From positions 20,026,001 through 20,090,000 of the forward strand of contig OZ365112.1 of the NCBI GenBank assembly GCA_977030845.1: a DNA stretch of 64,000 nt, given 5' to 3'. Source of the stretch: Fimbriosthenelais zetlandica. Its lineage: Eukaryota. Shown piece by piece: positions 23,757 to 39,109 of the stretch (its first letter is position 1; each line of letters begins with the position of its first letter). The notes beneath the pieces are model-generated. The model was not told the DNA's origin. It searched no databases and saw nothing but the letters and a program-made list of their open reading frames with translations. The position numbers and the translations under genes are program-made.

Positions 23757-26700
23757 ATGAATCTCGCAAGCCAAGGTGTAGACCCCAACTCCAATTTATT
23801 GTTTGTAAACTTCAACCAGGATTGCTCGTAAGTAAACCAGTTCATAATATTATTTTCCCCAGTCATTCACTCAGGAAATATTGCTTTGTAATGTTTACCA
23901 AGTGGAATTGTCATGGTCTTAAAGACAGGGATTGAATTCATTTGTTACAAGTTACTTTGCACGAAATGGGATGCTCCTGAAGTTACTATGTTTGCCTTGT
24001 TTGAGTCGTGGGTTTAAATGAGAGAAACGCCCTAAAATAACAACAATGTCACTGACCTGCCTCAGGTTCAGCTAGTCTGTACTAACTCAAGTAAACTGTA
24101 TAGGGTATAGGGTAGGCCTCTGTATTGTACGGTACAATGTCATAATGGTGTCCAGAATTTTCTAGATATCCATGGATCAGAAACTACAGATATGTCATGT
24201 GGTTGAAACCTTAAATATTGGTCTAAAATGAGGCAATTTTGTGTTTTTGATAGAACTTCTTATGCAATACTCAATAGTCTATAGAGGCCTACATGTATCA
24301 GATCGATTAATTATTAGATATTAGGCCTTGATCTATTATATAGACATGAACTATCAATTTGCATTCTTTCCTTTACAGGTCCATAGCAGTAGGAACGAAG
24401 ACGGGCTATCGATTGTTCTCTTTAAATTCAGTGGATAAAATAGATAACATTTATGACAATGCTAGTGGTAAGTTAAATTTTCACAGTCTGACTGACTATC
24501 ACTATACTCAGTATAGGCATACTGTAACTTCCCTTCTGTCTTTGTCCAAATATCTGTTGCAGTGGAAGCTATATTTGTCATATTTGAGTACAAGGGTTTG
24601 AGATATACATTGTAATTTTAATCTGTTAGGTAAATTTCTCCAGTTATCTCCTATAGAAATAAGTCAAATTGAGTGAGTAATAACCTAAATAAATTGAAAC
24701 ATTAGATTATAAATACGCTACATACAGAACATACTTGTATGTCTCCGAGTCCATATAACTTCTGTATAATTGTGGATCAGGTGGAGGGTTGTATGGTTGG
24801 CTGGGGCCACCATCTGGCTCATTGTCACCTTAGATTAAATGGGTGTTAGAGTAAAGTGTGGTGAACCTGAACGGATTTGCGTTCTCCACCCACCATTATG
24901 TCATCTCTGTTAATTTAAGAAATCATTTTATAAAATGTGCTGTTTTGGACAGGTAATTGTTCTTCCATAACAGGTAATATTTTTGAAATAATTTGCAGAC
25001 ATTTCCCCTTTAAATTATTTTATTATTTATTTTGGAAAATATATATGTTTGTGATCAGTCTCCTGGTGTTGAAAATGAGACATATTTTAATTTATTTATT
25101 GTATATTCTAACTGAGAAGCTTTATTTAAATGGGACAGATCATAGACTTAACAATCCCTTTTCCAGTATACTAGAAAGTTGCACCCATCTGTAACCTGGG
25201 AACCTGTCATTACCCCATATTCAGACAGCTTGGCAGCCTTCCAAACGTATTGCTATGAGTATGAAGCTATCAGGGTCTCTCACTTAAATTGTAGCCAAGG
25301 AGTCTGAAATGGTTTTGTGAATTAACAAGATAGACTGTTATTAACCTACTTGTCCATACATACACACAGCTGTCATTCAGCCCTGTTTACGGAAGGCTCA
25401 CCATTCAATGCTCATATTGCACAAGAATGAGTCATCACCCATCCACAAAATGCTTCCTCTTTAATTTTGTTTGGGATGGTCAATATAAAGATCTATTGCA
25501 TATTGGTGGCACAGCTGATATTCTCGGTGCCAGAGTGCAAATCCTGTTTACTGTACTAGATATTGTAAATGTCTAAATAACTTATATTGTATGCTTTAGT
25601 GAAGACCTAAAGTAAATAATGGTTTCAGTTGGTTGACTGAATATAATCATGGCCTTTTCTAATCAATTTTTCAAACCACCACAGCTGGACTCTTCCTTTG
25701 TAATAAAAACTAAACATTGTATACAAATCCCCTATTAATTTCACATGATATTCTTAGCACTGAGAATAATACAGACCACTGCCTTTGGCTTTGTATGTGT
25801 TTGGTTGCCCGCTTTGTGTGCATGATTGTTTAGTGCGCCCTTCTTTACCCTTTCCTAGTATAGGTTCTGCTTGGTATACTTGGTCATGTGCCAATTAGTA
25901 CATTCTCCATGATATATCAGGTCTATTTTCTCGTCGCAGAGTATTATAATGAAAATAAATCTAATTCCATAGAACCGATGTCTGGAGAATAAATAATCAA
26001 TCTCATTAATCAATCTCATTTTTCAAAGAATGTTTGAAAAAAAATACCCAGAAACTTATTTTTTTAGCGACAAAATTGTGTGGGGCTCCAGATTTGGAGA
26101 TACCGTTATTTATATATGGCGAATATTTGTTATTGCAGAGAATGAGGATATTAGTATTGTGGAGAGGCTCTTCTCCAGTAGCTTAGTGGCCATAGTGAGC
26201 TTGTCGTTTCCAAGGAAACTGAAAGTATGTCACTTCAAGAAAGGTACGGAGATCTGCAACTACAGCTATTCCAACACCATCTTAGCTGTACGCTTAAACC
26301 GACTGGTGAGCTCTCTCAATTATATTAAACACTTCAGGCTATCTCTTTATTCTTGGCTCATGAAGAAATATTTTGGTAATTAAAACCACTTTTTTGAAGA
26401 ACTAATCAGTTAACTATAATGTAAACCTACCTCACTAAATGTACCTCTGTTAAACATGTGTGTTTTCTCTTATAAAGCGTTTAATTGTTTGCCTGGAGGA
26501 GAGTTTGTATATTCACAATATCCGGGATATGAAGGTCCTTCACACAATACGTGACACACCCCCCAACCCGTCTGGACTGTGTGCCCTCTCTGTCAATAAT
26601 GACAACTGTTACCTGGCTTATCCTGGCTCCAACCAAATAGGCGAAGTTCAGATCTTTGACTGTGTTAATCTTGTGAGTATTTTTCTTAATTTAATCTCTT

Positions 26701-29700
26701 AATTGTGAAGTTATAAATAACTATTTTACATTGATTCTTCCTTAAACTCTGAGTCATACATCGCATAATAATTGTTATGAACAATAATGTGATTTGTTAA
26801 TTGTAAATATATTATACTTTATATCGTTACATCCAATATATGAATATTAAATATTGATATTTGTGTCGTTTTCAGAGGGCAGTAACAATGATTCCAGCTC
26901 ATGACAATCCCCTAGCAGCAATGACCTTTAACTCTACAGGTACCAAAATAGCCACCGCCTCAGAAAAGGTAATCACATACAATATTTGATAAGATGGATC
27001 TCACTTCTGATAATACCAGCTCGTGTATGACAAGGCCTCAATAACTCTTTGAATTTCTCTTAGTTTCATTTTTATTTTATTTATTTTTATTTTATTTGTC
27101 TCTTTCAGGGCACTGTTATCAGAGTTTTTTCCGTACCTGAAGGACAAAAACTCTTCGAATTTAGGCGCGGTGTGAAACGGTGAGTATTAAATACAATGTT
27201 AGCAAACAATTAATTAACAAAATTGATAAAAGTTTTAAAAAAATTGTCAAAATTAGTAAAATATCTCAATGGTCTGTTTATTTGAAAATATGCCTCTGTC
27301 ATTGTGTCAGTTCTGTTTGGTGACCCTTGGGGCATTGTCTCCACTAGCCATTGTTAAACCACTGGCCATTGCATATTGATGGACGACCTCCTGGCCTAGC
27401 ATAGGTTTAATCATATGAATGGTAACAAATGTTGACTATATTGTAACCCATGTAAATGTTGCCTTTCTAGGTGTGCTAATATCTACTCCCTAGCATTTAG
27501 TCCGGATTCGCTCTTCCTTGCTTCCTCGAGTAATACAGAGACCGTGCATATATTCAAGTTGGAGAGTCCCAAGGAGAAGTAAGTAACTCATTAAGGCATT
27601 ATATTTATTATCATATCCCTTGCCTTTTATGCTTTCTATCTTGACTTTGTGCCTAAATATATTAGTGAAGTGAATAATTGTTTATGGGATGACCTTGACA
27701 TGTCATTAAGGATGCATGTCTGGGGTTATATGTCAGCATCTAGCCTGAGGGGGTTGTTCACAGTGCACTGTGGTCAGTCCACTAGGACAATGGCTATCAG
27801 CCTAGACAATAGGTCACTTATTGACCCCTCGCTGGACATATGTTCTACTGGTCCACGGTTTTGTGTTGGCGTCTGTGCACGACCATCCGTCTTTTGAAAT
27901 GCAAACGTTGAAAAAAATATTTTTCCCATTTTGCCTATATGGCAAGAGATAAAATGACACTCATAAAATAATCTATAATAATAGAGAACCTTAGGTAAAT
28001 AAGAGTATGCCCCACTTCTTCGTTCTAGTGTACTTCCCTATCAAGGATCCTATGAAAGGTACTGCACAAATATTTCAAAGTTCCCGATTATGAGTTTTAG
28101 ATGTTGCCCTTTGTGTTGTCTGTTTCATTTATTGCCATGTAAATTTGTGATAGCTCTAAAAACTTTCCCCATATTTGAATTTATTACAAAAAAAAATCTT
28201 GTAATTTGGTGATTTAGATCTATGTGTTACATTGAATTTCATTAACTTCATTATGTTAACGGATTATCTCCACTTGAGATAATCACCTGCAGCGTGAAAG
28301 AAACCTTATAGAGGCGCTCATCCTTTATTCTTTTAATTAATGAGGATGCGGGGCTCCCCGTCGAGGCCTAATGAAGAACCACAGAGCTGGATGGGGTATG
28401 TTGGAGCTGCCATTAAGACCTCGGCCAGCTATTTACCCACCCAGGTGACTGAGATGTTCAACCAAGGTCGAGACCACGCCACCGCCCGCCTGCCCTTCTC
28501 AGGTCTGAGGAATGTGTGTGCCATGGCCAATATCCAGAAGATGCCGCGACTCTTAGTAGCCTCTCAAGATGGCTACCTTTACATTTATAACATTGATCCC
28601 AGCGAAGGGGGAGAGTGTACCCTCTTAAAACAACATAGGTGAGCAGGGCGCATTTATTAGGTCAAGATCTATGATTTCTGAAATAATAAAAATCATCTTT
28701 AATTCTTATTTCTGGAAACTGCCTATATATTTCATGGAATTGTTTGTCATACTTGCTGTATAATTATTATGTACTTCTGTTTCATGTTTGTCACTTTTAC
28801 AAATTTGTGTTAATATCTGTTAATTTATACATCCGTGTTAATATTTGTTAATTTATGTATCCTGTTGATAATTTTTAAATTATATACCTGTGTTAATATT
28901 TATTAATTTATATATCTGTATCATACATGTAATATATATTTTTTTGTAATATATGTACACGTTTTATTGCTCTGTCGATTTGTTGGCAGAGCTTAGGATC
29001 TGTGCTGGATTCAAAATACTAAAGAGTATATAATTGTTACAGGTTGGACGGCTCTAATGATACCACAGTATTACCCGACCCCGGCGGTGAGAAGCCTTTA
29101 ACGGCTGCTGGTGGGAGCTATGCGGCTTCGGTAAGGAAGATTGACGGGGGTTCGGGGACTCCCCCACCCCCACTAACAAGTCAAGGCACCCCACCAGGTA
29201 AGCACCCCAACCACCTGCCATCATCATCCACCTGGGGTACACAGAGCTATGCTAATGTCTTGCGCCCCAAGGACCCACACGGCCCTCCTCCACGGCCTCA
29301 AACGATCGATGATTATCTGAAGGAGGACCTAGGGTATAACTACGCAGGTAACGAAAAACATACACAGACCAACAGAAACACATACACACCCCACTTCTAT
29401 CCTTCTTTAATTCCACTAGTTTTCTTCCTTTGCTGCTTCTCTGGCATCTTTCTTTTTCTCTCTTCCTGAACTTACCATTGGTAATCTTGGGCATGTATTA
29501 TACCATCCTAGGGATTTGGCTCCTTCAAAATCCAAAATCTAATCTGTATTAATAATATGTAAATGTCTTGGGCATTTGGCGGTTTTTTCCCAAATTAGAC
29601 GAAACCTTGGGTTGATGAACTTTCGAGTGAGTTTAATCCCCCCCCCCCCCCCACCCCAAATATCTTTCTAAATAGCATCTTTCTCTTTCTTCTCTCTTTC

Positions 29701-31299
29701 TTTAACTACACACGGCATCTGGCAGTAAATACTGAGCACATCATTTGCATTACTACTCCAGCCTTCCCCTGGTATTAATGCATGATAAAAACTTATATAC
29801 CTAGCCTTCAGGCCAAACGATCCACACACGAGCTTAATATTTTTGAAATAATCAAATTAATTCCCTGGAATTCCTCCATATAATACGTCTTCTAACCTAC
29901 TTACCAATTTTGATTAATCAATTACGTGATAGTTATATGTACCGTATGCACTAAATTTGGTTATAGACGTGCATTGCTAATACTGTTGTGGGACTAGAAT
30001 AACTCTGTATAGAGTGGATGGAATATGTACAGTATAGTCACCTGTATAAAGTGTCTTGTGTGGATCACTACTGATTGTGGAGCTCGTTGTACCCCCGGTT
30101 CATATATTTTGGTTTTGAGTAACATTTCCTGGTTTCATGTATAATTTGCACCACTGGAATAATTTTGATTGTAGGAGACCTGACCTGTACATCAATTTAA
30201 GAAGCTGCTATTAGAGTTGAGCACTCAAAATAATAGTCTATACAATGTGTGTGCTTATGAATGATGCACAAAAGGTAGTCCGACTCTTCTCAATGGATTT
30301 TCCTTGAAATTGCTTCTAGTAATAATATTTTTAAGTGAAATTCAGGCATTAGACTAAAGAATTACTTTTGTTTTCGTGCCATTCAGATGACTTAATTTAA
30401 GTATGATTTCTATTGAATTTAGCATATTTTTAATCAAAGGAAAATGTTTGGTTCAGTTTATATTCACTGACAAGTGGTTCAGTCTAAATGCTTCTTGTTA
30501 CAATAATTGAGTGCTGTATGGCTGGAATGTGTCCAGGCAGTCTCAGAGAAGAGTTTACAGTGTTTTTTTAATTAACCTAAATTTTGCTATGCTCTGTCGA
30601 ATAACTTAAATTCCTCTTTTCAGTTATGCTTAAGGATATTTCTATTTTAATGAAAATATCTTTGGGAGAATAGTCACAGTTGATTTTTACAGACTCTTGG
30701 TATGAAATTAAGAATATTATGATGCATTTTCTTCAGAAAATGTAGTGCATTTATGCATGTATTATTTGAAACTCAAGATTTCTTTGCTTCATTTATAATA
30801 AATTTATGAAAGTTTCAGAAAAAAATAATTAAAATCATTTAGGTTTCACATCATTTCGACTTGGTCTAACAGTTTCGGTTGCTTTCTTTGTAATGTGATT
30901 TTGTTTTCGTAGTTTATCTTCTCTGTGATTAATTCATCCAAGAAACAAATAGAAAAATATGCTACAGACTACTGATATTATCATCCAACATCATCTTTGT
31001 AAGTCATTAGTGCTCATCGAAGGCTCATCATGTCAACTTGTATATTGATAATTATACAGAAGTAATACATACAGTTATAAGTTAGCTGGCCTTCAGTATA
31101 GTAAGATTAATAACGACGATTCTTTGGTTGAAAAATCCATTATTAATGAGTCATTTATCATTTCTTTACCACAGAATCACAGCCTTATCAGGACGTGGAT
31201 CAAGGTGCTGTGGGCGGTGATAACGCTGTAGCTGGGGTCGGTGCCCTTAGATTAGATGACGAAACAGAATTCCCCCCAATGACACAAAAGAACGACTGA
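23757..31299 (+). CDS. WIPI2: WD repeat phosphoinositide-interacting protein 2 (Atg18/PROPPIN)
   Basis: join(23757..23827, 24379..24467, 26139..26305, 26478..26672, 26876..26968, 27109..27179, 27471..27578, ~28345..28638, 29043..29197 or 29347, 31175..31299). [50 protein letters not shown] and C-terminal [12 protein letters not shown] are present. Confidence 0.95.
28807..28916. repeat. Degenerate ~28-bp AT-rich tandem repeat (4 copies), WIPI2 intron
   Basis: GTGTTAATAT(C/T)TGTTAATTTAT(A/G)(C/T)ATCC and variants. Confidence 0.75.
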
Positions 31300-34200
31300 A
31301 CGACCACATCATACGGTGATTTCTTTAGTAACATTTAAAACAAAAAACATTTTATTCATTCTAAAAGTACATAAAAAACTCAAACTCTTCTTCTCAAATG
31401 ACAAAAATTTAACAACAAAAAACAAGTGCAAGAAAGTACCATGAAGACATTTCAAGCTTGAAATATATGACACAATTTATTATATCCCCATTCCCCTGGA
31501 GTGTAAGGGTCTACTTAATTCTATTCCAGAAATGATCTAATTGTAATGTTCTGTTGATATATCCAGGAATGTTTGTCTTCAAAATGTCGCATCAAGGCAG
31601 CCCCAATCTATTTTGAATTATATGTATGTTATTTCTTTAGATTAAAAATTGTATTTTAATTTTCGTTGTACTCGCATGGCTTCCACAGAAGTCACTTGCC
31701 CCCACCCCCTCACAACCCAACCGTTCCCCATGGCATTTACTACGACCCTTCCCATAACCAAACCTGCCCCACTGCCCACCCCAAACATGTAGAGCGGTCG
31801 TGAAATGCGCGTCTGAGATTTGATTTTTTTAACGAGGGAATGATTAATATTGAGGGTCTACTTATAGAGCATTAACATACATTATCAACCATAGAATAAC
31901 AAGCACCGTGATGTCAGTTAGCTTTAGCTCGTAGAAACATTATGTTGGTGGATGTACTCGTTTGGTGGACTCTTCAATATCACTGGTCATTTCTGCCGTG
32001 AATTAGAGTCCACGACTAATATAAAAGTCACTCACTATTAGTCGCAGTGATTGAGTACTTTGACTTTTATAATATTAAGTTGGGTGATTTCTTTTTCGTA
32101 TAATCGCAAATCATTATGGGTGATATAAATGTGTAGGATATACGCTGTAATCAATGTATTTTTGTTTTTTGCCTGTTTAACGGTGGTGGATGGACAAAAA
32201 CACCACAGTGTTTTCATGGCAAAGCCACAGTTTTAGATGTTACATTTATGTATAATTATATAATATATTTCTTCAATTTAGCCTGGAAACTTGTCTCTAG
32301 GTATTAAATGTATGAAGTGGACTGGTTAATTGCCTTCGGTCACATAACATCCTTTTTTAAGTCTTTATCCAATTTTCACAGTGGTTGCTTCATTCCAATT
32401 GCTTTCATATCACTATGAATCTTTAGTTTCTTCAAATTAAATCCGCGTTACTTGAATAATATAGGCATTATATCACACAGACTTGCCAGATATTGTGTGT
32501 AATCCATTTAACTTAGGATTTAAAATACTCTCAACATTTGATACTCTAAAAGGTTTAACTTTTCTTGTAAAAATTGAATTGGTAATCGAATCGGAATCAT
32601 AGAAAGGCTAATTTGTACGGATTATTCGCGATATGAAATTATACTTTTTCTTAGCTAACTTTTTAAACTTAAATTATTCATGCAGGCATACATGTTCATG
32701 ATCTGTTTTGCAATACCCGTACATGAAATGTACTCAAGATTTTAACTGTACATTTATCATATACTTGTTTAACAATATAATATACGTTTATAAGTTTTCT
32801 TATGTTGGTCAATAAGCAATAACATATTCATTTTAAAGTCCATTTCGTGGCTAATTGAGTTAGCAATAATTAATTAATACATTGCGACTTAATTTTCTTT
32901 AATCTGTCGATATGCATCTACAAATCTCAACCCTGTATTGTATACTGAAGTCTGTTGAAGGATATATTTTGTGGATCTAAGATGTAATCTGAACTTCTGA
33001 TCGATATGTATGTCATGCATTATTTGTTGGCCCCTCGTTACATAGGGAATATCTTTTCCTAGCATTAGATTCGTATTTGTACAGAAAAAAGTACCCTACT
33101 TTTTAAAGTCTTAATGAACTTAAAGATGATAAAAGCATTAATGTAGCCACTTGATAAAGATACCAAAGCACTGCCCGACTACACTGATAATTGTAATAGG
33201 TTTAATGCCCACCCGTCTGGCCAGTTTTTGTTATCAACTACTATCCTTGGCTTTGGTATGAGTATATGTGAGAAATGGTTAGTCTGTTGCTCAATGTGCT
33301 TTCCAAATTACTTTTTGAAATTTGATTCCGTCTTGGGACATTGCAAATGATAATCAGTTATATTTTGTTTTTTGCTCTAGTAAATATGATCGTCGCTTGC
33401 CAGCTTTGTCTGGGTTTTTTGAGCCATTGGATACAATTATTAACAAATATAATTATATTGGGTTTCTAGAGAAATCCTATAAATATGTATTATTTGTTGT
33501 GAATAATGAATAATGCTGCTTAAAATGTTGTATATTAACTCATAATAAATTATAAGTGCAATTTGGCTCTGTATTACAAACACGTATGCTTTGTTATGTA
33601 TGTAGATTTTTTTGTCGGTTTCACAATATGATAGATCTTCTGTAAGATAAAAGTAGAACAATAAGATAGATGTTCTTAAATAGGATTTCTTTTTTATTTG
33701 TATCAAGAAGGTTGCAGATGAACTTAAGATGGCTACAGATCATGTCTCATTAAGAGACTTGTTGTATGGGATATTGTATGAACGTTTCTATGGTCGCTAT
33801 CATGGTAACCAAACATGCCTATATTTGGCTGATGGATATGTTTATATCTTAATAATATATACACATGTGACGTAGTTAATGTACATCATCCAGAGTGTCA
33901 GTATCATACATATCAACCAGTATTCTCTAATCTTGATACCAGATTTATTAATAGAGGAAGTAGTTACAACATAAATATCTATCAGTTCTAGTAATATATT
34001 AAAAAAAAGAAAAAAAGATTTGGTGCTAGATTGGGGGTTTTCCTTAGTTTCAGCAAGTAACACTTTCATTCGGTTTAAAGAAGGGAAGCTTTTGGGCTAT
34101 AATTGTAGGGAGCTGTAGAAGATGAAATAACCCCCATTCCTTACATGCATGGCCAGGCAGTCTACTATACGGTTACACGTGAAAAGGGAATAATATTAAT

Positions 34201-34678
34201 AATGGACACTATCAATCAAGCCATTGGCATAGCACTTATGGGTACTGCTATACAACTCCAATGAATGGAAAACTTGCGGGAAATTTCAACTTAGGTGGAA
34301 ATTGTATACAGGAAACCATAGAATTCATCATAAAGGATCATAATTATAGAATTCAATATTATTCTAAAATCTAATAATTTTCTTGATGCGGCTAAATTTA
34401 ATAACTGACTGCATCATAAAAATCAAATGCATTGCAATATAAGATTTAAAATAGCGAGCATCAAGATAGATCATAGATTATCATTTTTCTTATTTTTGCC
34501 AGTTTCATTCATAGATTAGTCAGTTTCTTTCATAGATATAGAATGTCTTTGCTATTTTTTTTTGCTTTTGCTTTCCATCTATGAGGTGCTTTTTGAACAA
34601 AATAAATGACACCACATGGAGACATATGGTAGTCTTTCTCTCCTCCTCCTGCCCGCCTGGCCTCAGCCGGGGTAGCAG

Positions 34679-37600
34679 CTACTTGGGAAGGTTACAGATT
34701 TCACAGCTTGTGTTTTGGTAAGAGTTGAGAAAGGTGCAGTGAGCACAGGTCCACATAGCAGATGCTCCTCCACTCCCTCCTCCGATAGGGGGAAGTGGGG
34801 ACGCGTTTGGTCCTACAAACGAGGTCTGTCGAGAAGTGGGGGGAGATGGGGCTGAAAATTAAATGGCAATGAAAAGTTTGAATTTTTAATGTTTAAATCC
34901 GGTATAGATAAGAGCAAAGACATTAACAAGTTTAGTTCTAAACTCTGATATCAAATTAAAAAGGGATCATGTGTACTTACAGTTGGCTGACATGAGTTGT
35001 TGCACTGTTCCCCATTCCTCAGTTTTGGACCAGTGGTGGGCCAGTTCTTCATCTTTGGCTTTCACTGCCGCCAGTAAACCACTCATATGATCCTGTCAAA
35101 TAGGAGCGGAACTCAGTAAATTAATGATGAATCCATCATACCTTTAACAATGCTTCCACAAATATATAGCCTGGATATAGCTTTATATTTTAGGTAATAT
35201 ATATTTCCATCCTCTAATATCTAAAATTATAGGAAAGAATATAGTGGTCTTACTCACCCTGAGTGGTAGCATATCACAGGTGTACATGTACAATAGGACA
35301 TGGAAATCAGACAAGGCTCGAAGGAAGTCTTTGGGCTCAAACTGTGCCATGTAGGATGTGAAGGCATTAAAGTCTGTGGCTTCTCCAATCTCAGCCCTGT
35401 TCTCCACTGAGAAGGGCTTGTGACCATTACCGGCAAAGAAGGTGAACTCAGGCTCAACAGGGAAAGCCGCTGGCAGGTCTACCAAAAGGTACTCCACCGG
35501 CAAGGGCCGAGATAATTGTGTCACCTCGTTACCATACTGGTCCTTCTCCTGTAAATGATAGGTATCCCATAATATAAAAGGCTGGTCATATTCATTATGT
35601 AGTTGGCAATCTGGGACATGATAATCATAGAGAACATTACCTTATGATAGACTGAGACTAGAATTCAAATGGCAGAATGTTTGTGATGGTTGTACCCACC
35701 TTGTAGAAGACATCAGGAACATATTGCTCTTCACTAGACTCTTTGATGTAGCCTAACTCAGGAGCATCCTTAGTAGGAATCAAGCAGTCATCACACACCA
35801 AAGCCATACACTGGTTAGACACTTGGTATCCTTCAAAGTGGATCTGGTTGTCCTTGTCACCTAGAAACAGTCATAAATTTATTTTATTAAAATTTTAGGC
35901 TTTGCTCTGACAAAAAATAAGGATGCAGAATGGCTAAAATATAGGTAAGCTTAGAAGAGAGTAATAAGTTGATCTCTTACCTGTGACTACCACGGTAACA
36001 AACTTGGATCCAAAATGTCTCTCTGGTGAAAGTTTACATGGGTTAGGATGTTGGTTTTGGAAATCAGCAGCCATGATACACTCTTCTGCACTGAGAAAAT
36101 GAGAATTCTGCAAAGAAAAATATTCAATATAAATATTCAACTTTGAAATGACAAATGATAATAGTTGAATGACCTCACTAAAGTTATAAAATATTCGCAT
36201 CTGCCCCACAAAGTGCTCTCCCTATCTGGTACTTACAATGTTGCCTCTAAAGTGTTTAACGGTTCCTTTTGATAGATCTTCAGCTATAAGGTCGGTGAAT
36301 ATCCATCCAACTATACTAAGACCTAACTCAGACGCTACACAGTTCACTGCTTCCTTCTTCTCATCCTCCACTAGCTCCACTGAGTTACGTGTACTGGCCT
36401 GAGAAATAAGAGATAATACACATTACTTCCAGTAATTTTAAACAAATTATTTTGATCAGCAAAATGAATATTTTAATAATTAAAATTACCTGTGTTGGCT
36501 CGTATATGGCAGTGACTACAGCCTTGATACCCAGTGGTGAGCCATCGTGAGGCTCATAGCGACCATAGAGTAAACCAATCCGCTGTAAGCCAGTGTTTCT
36601 CCAGTAGTTGAGGAATCTCTCCACTATAAAGGGATTCTCAAACTGGATATAATCTACGTGGCGGTATGTCTGTGTAAGAGACAAATATCATCACATTCAA
36701 TTATAATAGACAAAATCAAATGGCATATTTCAAATATAATATCACATAATAGGATTAGAAATGAAATCATGAACTCTAATCAAAAGACTAATCGTTCAGC
36801 TATCTGTCAAGGCTGAGGTTAGGAGGTAAGAGTCTATTACCTGTCTGTTGAGGGTGATGGCTGAAGGCTGACATTTAGTACAGATCCCCCCTGGCCAAGG
36901 TGGGTGCTCTGTACAGCCGGGTTTGATCTTACAACTCAGGTTCTCTAGGCTCACAAACTTACCCCTGTGGCAAGACATGGACAAAATTCATTTACAAATA
37001 CTTTAATCATTCAGCAGCTGTATTCTGATTATTAACCTTTGTTGCATCATTTTTAATTCTTTGATTGGTGGAAGTAATTAATTGAAACTATTCTATAAGA
37101 GCAGAAATACATAGGTCCAGGTCATCTGGCACTTACTTGTCGACACCGCTGTGTAGTTTTCGCAGATAAGAATGAAAGGAAAGGAATTTGATGGGTGGGT
37201 CCCTGCTTTTTAAATACTCTTCGTCATACGGCTGTAAGTATTGAAAGAAATACATTTTATTAATCAAAGACTCAACACATTACAGAGCTAGAAAATTCCT
37301 AAAATATCCAAAAATAAAATAATGGATCATAAACAAAAGAGGGTTTAAAATCTGACCTCCAGTGGGACGCAATTGAAGCATTTTCCTGAGGGACCATGAC
37401 GGCACCTAAGTAGAAAAATGTATGTTCATATTGTAATGAAATTATTCAGTCAATAAGTCAAATATATGCTGAGGTAAAAGTGTGTATGCTAGTTTTGAAA
37501 TTAAGTTTGGCAGCTTACATCAGTTCATTGCGACTCCTCTGTATGCGGCCATCCTGCTTCCAGAGGTACTGATCCACCTCATCCTCCCTGATTACCAGAC

Positions 37601-39004
37601 CGTTACTACTGATACTGAAGCTGCCCAGACTACTGCCTGACGGCGACGGTCCACTACTAGAAGGGGTACTATCAGACACCTCCATGTTGGTACCTTGATG
37701 GTGATCCAAGTACACCATATCTCCATGTCTGTAATTAAATTAAACAAAGTGCAAAATTCAATCTTTTTTGTCAAGTCTCAGTTTTCTCTGTATAAAAGAC
37801 AATTGATATTTTAAAAGGGGGACATTGGATTTATTTAGAAAATCTGACTTACCTGATTTTATACGAGGCCAGTGTTTTAACCCTGGATGTTATGAACTCT
37901 TCAGACTTATTGCGATTTTTGAACAGCTTCCATCCTAGATCCCCAAGGTCAAACTCCCTTTGAACCTTCAATGAAATGTAATGTTATTCAATAACCAAAG
38001 GTATCAAATGGACGCAAATGCAGGATTACACAGAATATTGTAGTATATTTTGAGACTAAAAATGCTTTGCTTACCTTGTCTAGGAATTCATTGATCCTCT
38101 CAGTCGCCTTTGTCTGAATCCTTTTTGTGCCATCTGGGGACTGAACCCGAACAATCTGTAAGAACAAAATTTAGGCTTTACAAATGTTTAGCTAGAATCT
38201 AGCCTTAAGTTTTCGTTAATATCCAACAGATCAAGACTTTTAGTCAATTTAGACTGGTGCCGTCATAATTTTGATGTTTATTTGAATAAGCTGTAATAGT
38301 ATTGTGGTTATCTATAATGTGGGTATATTCTACCACGATGATCAGATACCATTTATTACCACGGATTCATAAGTAACCTATCACCATTCAGTACCAAAAA
38401 TAATTTGTGAAATGGTTATAATCAATGATCAGGGCATTCAAGTAATAGGGTAGGCTAGTAGTAGATGGCCATGTCATACTATGTGTATTTGACCAATGGC
38501 CTTTCAACGGCAAGAAATCATAGGTTCATAGAATATAACAATTTTATTAGACATGTCCTTAAATAATTATTGTTAAATAGATACAATATTAGTTATTAGT
38601 AATATTACTCCTCGTGTCGCAATCATAACAAAACATGATTTGCAGAAGTTGCCAGAACTTCAAGCCTTCAAGGGACAGCCTGTAAAAGAAGGCTGAGATA
38701 GGAGTAAAAATTCTGTTAAATTTCAATCAAAGAATTCTATAATCATCCGATAATCAGGCTTTTTCCTGATTTGTCCAATCCATTCAGTAAAGTTGCATTA
38801 CAAATCGAGAGGCAGCCCCTGAAAACAGCTGATTCACGTTCTCCCTCCATCAGTCAATACACCACTAGCCATTTGTACTGCAGACCCGAGTCACACAGAT
38901 GTCAAAATGACTCCAATTCATTTGTGGGGGATTTCTTTACACCGATCTTAGGTTTGTGGGAAGAGAACAATGTGAGATTTACGTACCATGGTGTTAGACA
39001 TCAT
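34679..39004 (-). CDS. NPLOC4: Nuclear protein localization protein 4 homolog (p97/VCP-UFD1 cofactor)
   Basis: Starts MMSNTM|[13 protein letters not shown]. Contains [68 protein letters not shown] and RPLPVEYLL, and a C-terminal NZF finger [24 protein letters not shown] with TAG at 34679-34681. Confidence 0.96.
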
Positions 39005-39109
39005 CAGTCAATGTATATGGGTCTTTTTCATGAAAAAACCTCCAATATATCAAGCTCACTTTCTATCTGACGTCTACTTCCGATGCCGACTTGCCATCCA
39101 GATCTCGTT

